Positions 53,029 to 64,000 of a DNA stretch of 64,000 bases are shown piece by piece. Below the pieces are notes generated by a model. It did not search any database, was not told where the DNA came from, and saw only the letters and a list, made by a program, of their open reading frames with translations. A program made the position numbers and the translations under genes. Location: positions 2,090,387-2,154,386 of the forward strand of contig JBNZDD010013660.1 in NCBI GenBank assembly GCA_050575255.1, written 5' to 3'. The number at the start of each line of letters is the position of its first letter. Within the stretch, counting starts at the first letter, position 1. This DNA is from Harriotta raleighana. Its lineage: Eukaryota.

Positions 53029-56000
53029 AAGTTCCCATTGCACTATTTATAAAGAGAAGGCATTCCTCCAGATAAATTAGTCATTCACTTCATGGTGATT
53101 TGTGGGCTCCTGTGCCCAAAAGGGCTCAATCATTATGGACAGCAACTAGATGTGAAGTATATTGAGACATTGACGTTGTGAGGTATTATATCAAATGAAA
53201 GGATTATCATATCATTATTGACATCTCATGCCCTTCAATTACTTCTTTAACCATAAAATCTATTCAGTTGCGGTTGTAAGTGCTGCTCTAAAGAATTGTG
53301 CTCAGTCCCTCAAGTCTTTCAGGCCCCGCAATGGGATGGAGTAACAGGAAAACAGCTACAAATGAACAAAACATTCTGATCATTCCTTTAGTACAACAGT
53401 TACTATTCCTCTACTCGGAGTCTGATCTCAAACCTCATCTCATTTTTCTGAGGTGACCATTCAAAGGAATACCAGCCAGAGCACACTTAATGCATTGGAG
53501 TCCTACAGGAGGGAAATATTCACCTGTATGAACCCCCCCTTCCCCCCACCTACTGTTTATCATCACACTGGTTCAGGTAACTGAGTGAAAAGAGAATTAC
53601 CTCAGGCAGCAGCACTTATCGGTAAAAACAAGAAAACAATAGTCTTACTGTGCTTCGTATTTAATAACCTGACGTCTGTCTGGTAAATGAAACGCTGCTG
53701 ACAAATGGTTGCCCTTTGGCAGTGGAGGGCTACATTGTTTTCACAGGTAAATATTAATGCCCGCGTGCACACACACAGGAAAAAAAAAGCAAGGCAGCCT
53801 AACTGTGCAGTGACCACACAGATGAGAAACTGGTGGTTAGTTGAGCATTCAGGCCCACGATAAGAACTTTAAAGAGAGTAATCCGTTTTGAGCACTTTGA
53901 GTTTTGGAAGTAAAAATCAATGACCTGGTCACTGTACAATTAGTCAGCAACTCATTTTCTTGTTGTTTAATGGGGCCAGTGATGAAAAGATATGCAACAC
54001 ACTATGTGTGTTGAAGAACTACACCATTCAAAAACAAACAGCAAGCATTGAGAAGTCAGGTTCCTCAATATACATTTCCTTTGTGCAATGAGCCAAAGTA
54101 TACGGACAGCTCTATCATTAAACACTGTCTACATTTCTGTGAGTACCAGTCTCAATGCACGGGGCAACCCATGCCCGCCAAGAGAAGCTTTAGAACTCTA
54201 TCGCTCGCCAGAATTTCTGTTTGTACACCCTGTACAACCTATTGAGAGACATGATACTACTGTATAAACATAAGGAGCATACTAGATCTCTTGCTTTATG
54301 AGGTTTACTCCTCAAACAGCATCAAACTGGGGGTGTCTAGACTTGTGTTTATGCACTGAAACTTCACAATCCTTTGTTACTTTTTTTCCCCCAGACTTGC
54401 AATTCACAACCACGGTAGTAAAATTGAAATTTACATGAATATCTGAATGATATATGAACATCTTTCTTAAAAAAAAATCCGTCTGTTTCATGGTATTATA
54501 ATCTGACTTTGTGGCTTGTATTGGGAGCTGAAATTGCACATTTCATTACAATGTCTCCAGTTAGTATTTTGTGAATCCATACTGAAGATGACAGATGGTT
54601 TGTGCACTACACCTTAGAACAGTGCTAATAAGGTTATAATATTTGAGCTGAAAAAAGTTAAAAGAGAGTTGTTTCCATGGTGAGGGCTTTTGCACTTTAC
54701 TTACTGTCTTGCTGTAAAGGTAGCATACAGCAACACAAAACCCATTACATTTTCAATCACTTTATAATAATAATATTCATCCTTGCATTTGATATCTTGC
54801 CTTATCATTTTGTTGAGATGTCTCAAAATACTTCAGGTAGTTTTACTATGAAGTGCAGCATTTTTTTTTGGTACAGCAACAATGAAGCGACTGACTAATT
54901 TTATTCAGTGGATTGATGATCGAGGTCACTTCGAGCAACTTCCTTTGCTTTTTGAACACAGTAAACTTCAGGCTTACAAAACGGACATGGTTGGAAATTT
55001 ACATTTTATATATTAAAAAAATTAGTAGGCTCGCGAAGTATAGACTCTCGCAAGCCATTCGATCTCTCTCTCCTATTGACCACTTTCTCCAAGTGACCAT
55101 TCTCTCCAAGCAACAACTATGAATGCTATCTCTCCTACTGACCCATGGGTGTGCAAACAAAAACTTTTGCTACTACTGGCCAACAGTGCATGACAAAGTT
55201 GTCCAAAAATTGTTTGAACAATGTATCCACAGAGTTCACTTAGATCACAGATAACTACCTCTTTATTTCAGTGAAGGATTGCCAAATGAATGCTACAACC
55301 ACTTGGCAACATTCCCATCAAGGTAGGTATAGTACTTACAGTTTCTCAGATGCATTACTTTGTTTTACTAATCTTCACTTCCATCATTTGGAAATTGCTT
55401 GCATCCTAAAACAATGACACACAGCCGTAACTGAATGTGCGTTACAAATGGATTTTTAGGCTGGGGGCGGTCGATCAGTTAAACATCGATGCTGTTCTTT
55501 CTTTGTACTTACTGAAGGATAACAATTAAATATACCCTGAAATAGAGCAGGCAAAAAAACCCTTCCATTTTATTCTTATCTATGCTGTTTTTACACTGCA
55601 CATTTGGCAGCGGCTTGCGGCCAAAATCTCATCGATTTATTGCCAACATGTGGTATAAATTGAGTGTGAATCACGCTGGATTCTTTCTTTCAACGGTGCA
55701 TGGAGGAAACTGCTTCAGTAGTTGTGAAAGGTGCACTCCCTGGTTGCAATGTAAACCCATCGACATGCTTAAGAGTATCCAAACCAAGATGAGATTGCCA
55801 TGCAGCCCACTTACACATGGAAATCCCAGAGATAGGATTATTGGAATGGAATGCGCACTCTCTCCCTGGGGGGACGCATCCTGCCTACCTAATTGTGGAA
55901 AATATTAGGCTCAGGGCAAGAACCAAGACTTGGGGACCCCAGAGCGTACATTGGGGAACTGCTGGAGACTAACCGGATAACACTGCATAGCTAGCTATTA

Positions 56001-56361
56001 CAGTATATTGATGTCCAGCAAGCTCTCCCACTGCTTATCTAGCTGGGACCATTAGGGCTTTGGCTTGCAGAGCTTTAGTGTGATGACTCCCTGCCCCCAG
56101 TGACTGGTCCGTCCTACCACATCCTGCTGATGATCCACTGATAATGGCTGTGCTGTCATCAGGAGTGTTCTGGAATACTGTGGACCTGTCTGGCTCAGGT
56201 ACCGGACTAGAGACCGCCACAGAGGGCTGGCTGGAATCTGATCTTCCATTTTTAGGCATGTCACTTTGGAGCCAGTTCAGCTCTAAGGAAACCTCGCTTA
56301 CCTCCCCCTGACAGGATGATTGCCACTAGTTGGCCATCTGACATCCAACAAGGGCAAGTTT

Positions 56362-56811
56362 CAACAACAAAATTACACTTATAGAGCACGTTTCACGTCA
56401 GGAGGACGTCCCAAGGCGCTGGACAGATTGGTTCAGGACCCAAGCAAGCGAAAATGTTCAGGGCGAGGGAGGGGAAGGGTGGGAGCAAGGATGGGGTAGA
56501 GACTCGAGAGGGGAGTTGAAGGCACGGTCGAAGAGAAAGGTCTTGAGACCGGCCTTGAAAGAGGAAAGGGAGGAAGCGAGGCGAAGGCACAGGGGGATGG
56601 AGTTCCAGAGCCTGGGGGCTGAGCGGCTGGAAGCCCGGCCGCCGATGGTAGGACGGTTAGGGCAGGGGACGTGGAGTAGACCAGTGCCAGAGGAACGGAG
56701 GGTACGGGCAGGTAGATAGGGGGATAGTAGGTCGGAGAGGTAGGAGGGAGCAAGGCCGTGAATGGCCTTGTAGGTGAGGATGAGGATCTTGAATTCGATC
56801 CTCTCAATAGG
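56362..56811 (-). mobile_element. Young L2 LINE 3' fragment
   Basis: PIERIEFKILILTYKAIHGLAPSYLSDLL..SAPRLWNSIP..FKAGLKTFLF is a typical L2 ORF2 C-terminus. CpG-rich, with an intact tail GGGACGTCCTCCTGACGTGAAA. Confidence 0.92.
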
Positions 56812-59800
56812 TGGATGGAAGGTACAAAGAAATCCCTGCAAGCTTCCCGTTTGGCAATGCATCTCAGCATGAAAGTTTGGGCCCACATCCCTTCCCATTG
56901 AGTGATGGCTCCAACAATTGGAGGTGCAGAGTTTAAGCAGCAGAGTCTCTGCAGGCCAATCAAGATGGATTGGGACTAACATGTGTTCACAAACTCGGAC
57001 TCCAGGCAATGTGTAATCATGATAGGTACAACCCTGGGCTTGTTTGCTTCCCTTTGGTCTTGTCAACAGCTTTCGGAACACTGAGGAACTGTCATCCCAC
57101 AAATATGTCTTTATAGTAACATTAACATACCTTACACCCAATCTTGGTGTTTTGTGCTCATTCTGAGTCGCACATGTACAGAATACTGAAACGAAACAAT
57201 TACAATGCCAATATCGGCATTTACTGACAGTTTAATCAATGAAAAATACTACTACCAATAAAAGCTGTTGCATACCAATATCGGCATTGTAATCACACAT
57301 AACTGGAAATTCTGGTTTGCCAGACCAGTTCATCCCCTCTGGTTTAGTATTATAATAATAATTCCTGTATTTGATGTAGCACCTTATCACACCTCCTAGG
57401 CATCTCAAGGTTTCAAAGTCTCAAAGCTTCACAGAATATACTGTAAAGTGAATTGACTATATATCAACAATAACAACAATTTGCATTTATAGAATGCCCT
57501 TCATGTAAGGTAGCATCTCAGAGTGCTGAAATGTGGGCAAAGTTTGATGACAGGCCAGGGGGTTATTGTAGAAGAGGAAAGTCATCAGCAAGGTATCAAG
57601 ATTTAGATGTGGCCGCTGCTCTAACAAACAGTGTAGTCCACTTTGGATAATATATGTTCACATTAATCCTTTTTACTGATAACTTGTCTGCTTACCATTA
57701 GGTAAGTGAACAAAACAATCAGGTTATTATACAAAGCAGACCTACACAAATGAAGATCATTACACCATATAGTTTACAAAATATACCTTTCCTTTGCATT
57801 CACCAACAACTTGTATTCATATTGTGCCCGTCATATTTCAAACCCAAATGGGAGGTCTTCCCAAAAGGTTAGCTGCTCAAATACAGAACAAAAAGTAATT
57901 TTAACAAAGCAGTTTTAAATTTATGAAGTCTTTCTAGGGTATGAGAATCAAAAAATCAGCTCTGGTTAATATTTACATCCAGTCAAATTGTCAGAGAGAA
58001 GCCCAAAGGAGAAATCAATCTCCCAAAGTCAAGCATGTTCATTCCAAACCTATCATCAGCATCAGCCTGGCGAAGTCAATAGCGCTCTCATTACGGTCTG
58101 GGCTGACATGTCAATGCAGTACTGAAGGAATATTGCATTGCTGGAGGTGACGACATTCAGAGTGAGCATTATACCAAGGCGCCATCTGCCTGTTCAGATA
58201 GACAGTCAAGATCCTATGACACTACACAAAAGTAGAAGGAAGTATTTTCCTGGTTTCTTTCCCAACAATCTCTGAAATTAAACAAAATATGGCCATTCAC
58301 CTCATGGCTGTTTTGGACAATGCTGTGAGCAAATGGTCTGCTCTGTTTGCTTACCAAACACACAGTTACTACATGTATCCTGTGAAGCACTTTGAGATGT
58401 TCCCTTGACATAATAGATGCTATAACAAGTGTAAGGATAACTGTATTATTTAATATAAATGAGTTTTTGGCAAATAGAGGGTCCTTAATTATCCCCGTGT
58501 AATGTGCCTACGCATAAGAGTGCAATTCTGATCCATTACATTCAACTATTTTATTGGAATCTTCTAAGTTTCCATGAAAAAAACTTATCATATCGAAGGG
58601 TTTCACAAGCAATTCACATCAGGTGAAGTAACTGCTGTTGTACCCAAATGTAGGAACCGTTTGCTTCAGGATGAAATGAACGAGCCAATTCAAATGGAAG
58701 AAAGACAGCCATTGTACTAGAGGGAAACGCTGGATAAATTGTCATAAATTGTCGCGGATTTTTAAATGTCCATCTGAAAGCTCAGCAATTGGACCCTAGT
58801 GTAACATTTCACCTGAAGGATTGGCACCTCCAAAAATGCAGCAATTCCTATGACTGCATTGGAGTGTCGATATAAGCTTAGGTTCACATTGAAGGGTTTG
58901 ACCGCACAATCCTCTGACACAGAAGTGAGAGTGCTACCAATGAGTCAATCTCATAAGCAATATTATCACTCAGGCATATCATTTAAAGCCTTATAATCAG
59001 CAGCATATACAACTCTCTCTTTCTCTCTCGTACACCAACAAAAAATGTAATTTATTACTGTGCAATGAATTACGTCCATCGATATAAATTGGAGACATAA
59101 TTCATAATTGTTATCTTGTGAATGCAATTCTGTTACTTTACATGGCACTGAAATGTTTTAACGTTCTTTCACATCTGCTTGAAACCGGAGAAAAGCCAGC
59201 ATAGCCGCGAGTTATTTGTGTCATGGTAACATTAACACACAAGTAATGGGGTGATGTGATACAAGGTGATTTATGTCACCGTATTGTGCCATTGTAAGTA
59301 ATTGAAAAACGCTTTGTCAAACATTTTCTCATAGAGAGGTTTGCCCTCTAAAAGGACGATTAAAGAGTCTTTTGAGCATTATATTTCACACACAAAAAAA
59401 ACCACACAGAAATGTAAATAATCCACAGGAATTTATTTAATTTACTTCAGTTTCAATAAATTATGTCGCCCTGCCTCTATAAATATTACCATGCCAGTTG
59501 AAAGGTCGGGAATGTTCAAATTGTTTTCTTCCAAGATGAAAAGATATTTAGCATTCTCATATCCATCTATTTTGATAAGTACTGAAGTCCTTTTATAACG
59601 TCCAAAATTCATTTTACACATAATTTTCAGCACCGAAAAAACAATAAAGCGGAATCTATGAAATGACAAGGAGGAAACATAGTGGGATATCTTTACCAGC
59701 ACAACTTTCTAAATAATGTGAAGAAACCAGATGAACGCTAACAGATCTCCGAGAGTTAACAGCACATGAAATACTGCAATGAGGAAAGGGACAAGCATGT

Positions 59801-60218
59801 CATAAGAAGCCATGCGGTCAATGTTTCTCAGATTGTGAATCGATAGCAGTACATGCACTGAAGTATTCATTGGCAGTCTGTCCAACAAGTCTGTAAAGCG
59901 CCTCCTCCCCTTAGGATAGGAAATCAGTGGGAATCCCAATTCTGTACAGCCAGCCATTGGGGTTGTACTAAAAATAATTCATGGCTATTAAACTCTGCAT
60001 TTGACATAATGTAATAATCTACATGCTCAAGATGCAGTGCTCTTCTATTGAAATACAGGCAACAAAATCATCCTGACAGCACACATAACAGACAGCACAG
60101 TCCTTAGTCCCTTCTGTTCCTGCGGAATAGCTGAACGCTTCGTTTAAACACGTCAAGCCACTGTACGATATAGATGATTGCAATACACTTCAATTCACAA
60201 TGCAAGGTACACACTTAC

Positions 60219-60240
60219 CAATATACATGATGGTCTTCAT
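60219..60240 (-). CDS. znf385d: ZNF385D-like zinc finger protein, first coding exon (22 coding nt, M-K-T-I-M-Y-I-G, phase-1 donor)
   Basis: The minus strand reads ATG AAG ACC ATC ATG TAT ATT G|gtaagt, a consensus donor. The peptide matches the recalled human ZNF385D N-terminus MRNIMYFG and joins in frame (G|GC) to the 143-nt exon at 27668-27810. Confidence 0.9.
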
Positions 60241-60500
60241 TAATCATACTTTGGAAACCCCCCCGTTTTTAACGTCTTCCGAGCAGCACGAGCACAGACA
60301 GCCACATCAAATGCCAGAGTTTAGATCTGCACCATCATTTCTGCACTTCAGACTCAGCACAGTGCTTACATCCCATGCAGAATCCTTGGGTGATTGGAGT
60401 CGACTCTGTTAGCACACAGTGCTGCTCGTACAGTACTTTGTGAAATCTGACTCCTCCTTATGATGGTCTTGCTATGCCTGTGACATCAGTGCGGAGAGAG
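60241..60500 (-). promoter_or_regulatory. Putative 5' UTR / TSS region of znf385d with multiple uORFs and a TGATGTCA (CRE/ATF-like) motif at 60481-60488
   Basis: Repeat-free sequence directly upstream of the start codon, containing several upstream ATGs. The TSS cannot be placed from sequence alone. Confidence 0.6.
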
Positions 60501-62448
60501 CCTCACAGGTTCCTTCTCAGAGATTAGTCTGTCCTATGAAGCTTGAAGTTTCCTTCCTGATCAGATTAGAAGTAGAAGCAGCTCTCTTTTTGAAAACTGT
60601 GTTCTTTTGTACAGATCAGAGAATAGAGGGCTCTCTACCTCCTATTTTCTCTTCACCAATGCAATGACCTGTTAGTCACAAGCGTTGGGAAATTATACAG
60701 AGATCAATAAAAAAACCTTCCATTGAAGTACATGATTGTGGCACTGTTCATAAATCACTAACCACACACACTTCAAGATCTACAGAGGTTTTTGTTGTTC
60801 ATTCCCGATAAAGGAGCTGTTGAAATAAATGATATATGGATGGGCTGGTTACAATTTAAACTGATGGTGTAAAGTCATGCAATGACAAGAGGTGTGTTTA
60901 ACCCTCTAACTCTCAACACAGGTAGCTAGCTCCCTAACTCAAAAAGAGCATAGTGTGTGTGTGTGGGGGGGGGGGAGAGGGTAACTGATGATTGAGGTGA
61001 AGTGAACAAGGTAAGGTCAAAGACTGAGGTTCAAATTATTCCACAACTGGGTACCTCCTGGTGTCCAGTTAGAGAACCGTAAACGGTCTGCAAAAGGTTT
61101 GCCTGCCTTTCTGCCTTGACTAGGAAAGACAGCAGGAAGGCAGGCAAATTACTGTGTGTGGACAGTGGGTGGCAAGATAGCAGGAACTAAAAGAGGGAAG
61201 AAAAAAACTGATGAAGTGCTCGTGGGTGAAATTTTAAAAGATGCACGTTTCATTAATATTTTGATTTCAGCACTTGTATTAAAGCATAATTATTTCTGAA
61301 GATGTCAGGCTGTTAACTTGCTTCTCCATGAACTGCAGTAGAATGAATGAGACCACAATGAACTCCAGGGCTTGCAGACATTTTACTGCAGGAAGGAATA
61401 GTTTGTCACCTGGCCAAGCTAAGAGCTAAAACAAAGAGTGACATGGTAAGCCCTCTATTCACTTAAACTCAAAGTAAAAAGTGATCAGCGTGGGTCTAAA
61501 GTGCAGTTTAATGAGATTCCTTGATAACTACTCCAAGGGCGACATACCAGTGACTGCAAGTCAGACATAGCAGAGAACCATAGAAATTTATTCACAAAAG
61601 GCTATTTGACACATCACTTATGTGCTGGCACCCTCAAGAGCAATCGTTTCAGTCCCATTCACTGGCCCTTTCCTCATACCCCTGGAGCTGACCCTTGTTG
61701 AGTATTTGACCACTTCCAAGTGGAACACTCCACTTGAGGAATGGAAATGGGGACTCCCTCCAGGAGCTGGAGGCGCATAGAGGATTTCTGAGTCCCAGAA
61801 GGAAAGATTCAGTCATTATTAAGGAATACAAATTGCCACAATTTTGTCCTGAACATTTTAATTATGAAATATGCTGAAAACAAATTGTTTACAATCTCAA
61901 CCAGGAAAGCAAGGGAGTTTTCAGATGGAGTTTGCGCTTGGGTGAGCAGCGTGTTGCCCCATCAGAGGGAAGAACAATTACTGTGAATGAATGAAAATAA
62001 ATTATAAAATCGGCATGAACGAATGTGCCAGAGGTTTTAAAGGCCTATTATAATAAATCAAAGCATTTGTATTGATTCCACAGTAATTTGATGACAACTG
62101 ACAAAGGATCATGAGAGTAGATTGAAATAATTCTAAACCCATGGAGCTCTGCAGCATATAAGTTATCATGCTCACTTTGCGACAAGGAAGACTCTGGTTT
62201 GATTCCAAGGTAGAACAAAACCTTTGGTAACCTTGTTTCCTCTCTTGCCTCCTTCAAGGCTGGTCTGAAGACCCTCTTTTTCGATTATGCTTTGTGCCGT
62301 GCTCGCACCTCTCTCCCTCCCCTCTCCACTGCCCCGCCCCCATGCTTCGGTCCCAAAACCCCAAACCCTTCAGCACTTTGGGATGTCCTCCCAACGTGAA
62401 AGGCACTCTATGTAATTTTTTTTGTTGATGTCATTTGGTAGAACTGGT

Positions 62449-62653
62449 GGGAATCAGACAGGATTCCTGCTCCTGATAACTAGGCAGTGACCCCTGCTGG
62501 ATGGTGGACTTCTGACATTGGGTTTCAAATAAGAAAGGCTTCGCTATTCTCTCCCTCCTACTCTCCCATCCCCGAGGCCTGGCTCACATTAAATAGCCCG
62601 TCAACACTCACTGTCGAGGCTCATACTTGACTGAGGCACTTGACTGAGGTGAC
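62449..62653 (+). mobile_element. AmnSINE2-like ancient SINE fragment
   Basis: AATCAGACAGGATTCCTGCTCCTGATAACTAGGCAGTGACCCCTGCTGGA and AATAGCCCGTCAACACTCACTGTCGAGGCTCA match recalled AmnSINE2 blocks. A head-like piece also occurs at about 39175-39240. Confidence 0.6.
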
Positions 62654-63277
62654 ATACATCTTTAAATTCAGGGAGGAGGAGTTTTTTTTACAACATTACT
62701 GAAGAAAACCTCTAAGATCACATTTTTCTACCCGTTCAAAGACAAACATATAAAATATTATAAACACGAAGAATCTGAAAACTAATGTGAGAAGCTATCA
62801 CCCTAGAATTACTAAAGTGCCTAACACTGTCATATTGCTTAAAGCCATGAGCAACCCCCAGACTCAAAGGCATTAATTCAACCTAACTAGCTCCCAACTA
62901 ACATATACTTTAATTATAGTCTTTTACAGGTATATTTAAGAAAGGTCATTCATATTTCACTTCAGTGAATAATTGAGCATTGAAAGGCCAACTGCCAATT
63001 GTCATGACTCTTTCACTGATAATGACTTAATAAAGACCGTTACGAAGACGAAGCATGAGAGGACAGGAAAAGAGCGGCAAATGGGATTAGAATAGATAGC
63101 TCCAAAGGGAGAGCTTGGAGTAGCACAGGCATTCATTAATGCGATCAATGGCTTTCTTCTGTGCTGTAAGCATTGTATGATTGTACTGTATGATAACAAT
63201 TAAATAGCTGTTATCACACGCTTCACCTTAATGTGGGGACTGTACCGTGGAACATTACAACCACTTGCAATTACATA

Positions 63278-63795
63278 CAGTAAAACCCTGTTTATCCGGC
63301 ATCCACAGGACCTGGCCAGTGGTGGTTAAACGATTTTCTGGCTGAACGTTTTTTTTTAAATANAAAACCCTGTTTATCCGGCATCCACAGGACCTGGCCA
63401 GTGGTGGTTAAACAATTTTCTGGCTGAACGTTTTTTTTAAAATATTTTTTTTTAAATTAAAAATTATTTTAACACATACCATATTAATAATAGACTAAAT
63501 AATAACAGAATATTGTATTAGTACTTTATTATTAATACTTAATTTCGCAATGGCAGCTCTCACCCGACAGAGGTAAAAAAAAAATGCGACTTTTAAAAGG
63601 AGGAGCGAGTTTAGACCCGACTAGTGGCCAGCCGCGAGTACCTGCACCAGTACTCACGTGTGACAGTCGATTCATTAAATGCGTCATCACTATTTGCCGG
63701 ATAACTTCCGGTTCATTGAATCGGGACTTTTGTTTTTAGATGGCGGTTGAACGGTTTTCTGGTTCATCGAGTCACGGATAAACAAGGTTTTACTG
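63278..63795. mobile_element. Tc1/mariner MITE, family A, opposite orientation
   Basis: TA TSD, TIR CAGTAAAACC(C/T)TGTTTATCCG; reverse complement of the 40341 copy. Confidence 0.88.
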
Positions 63796-64000
63796 TAGTA
63801 CACTTTGTGCGGCGTAGCATCTATAGAACCAATAGATATCCACAACCCTTATGGGTATAATCCTGTCTGGATGGTCTTCTACTGCTTCATTGTGCAACCA
63901 GTGNGGTTCATCGAGTCACGGATAAACAAGGTTTTACTGTAGTACACTTTGTGCAGCGTAGCATCTATAGAACCAATAGTTATCCACAACCCTTATGGGT

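Larger units (their letters stand above)
27811..60218 (-). other. znf385d: Intron 1 of znf385d (32,408 nt, GT-AG)
   Basis: Bounded by gtaagt (60213-60218, minus strand) and cag at 27811-27813. Phases are compatible with the flanking exons. Confidence 0.85.

Noticed and set aside
63282-64000. Duplicated MITE ends
   Set aside because: Both duplications flank single Ns (63363, 63904); assembly artefacts.

Overview
AT-rich, repeat-dense vertebrate genomic DNA. The repeat content (L2 and CR1 LINEs, tRNA-headed Deu-domain SINEs, Tc1/mariner and hAT MITEs) suggests a cartilaginous fish, plausibly a holocephalan such as the elephant shark; this is an inference. The only host gene I can support is a ZNF385D orthologue on the minus strand: a first coding exon (60219-60240, MKTIMYIG) and a 143-nt second exon (27668-27810), separated by a 32.4-kb intron. 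The next exon (MDPIQKAV...) was not found and probably lies left of position 1. The rest is intron or upstream sequence made of TE remnants, repeat-poor candidate conserved non-coding blocks, one 839-N gap and several single-N overlap artefacts. I found no prokaryote-type novel system (CRISPR, operon etc.). The most interesting observations are: a uORF-dense 5' leader with an overlapping upstream ATG that a 4-nt-shifted splice acceptor could bring into frame; LF-SINE-like and AmnSINE2-like ancient SINEs near the exons; a Penelope-type hammerhead relic; and reciprocal TE nesting. TE family names come from recalled consensus sequences, not database searches, and boundaries of old repeats are approximate.
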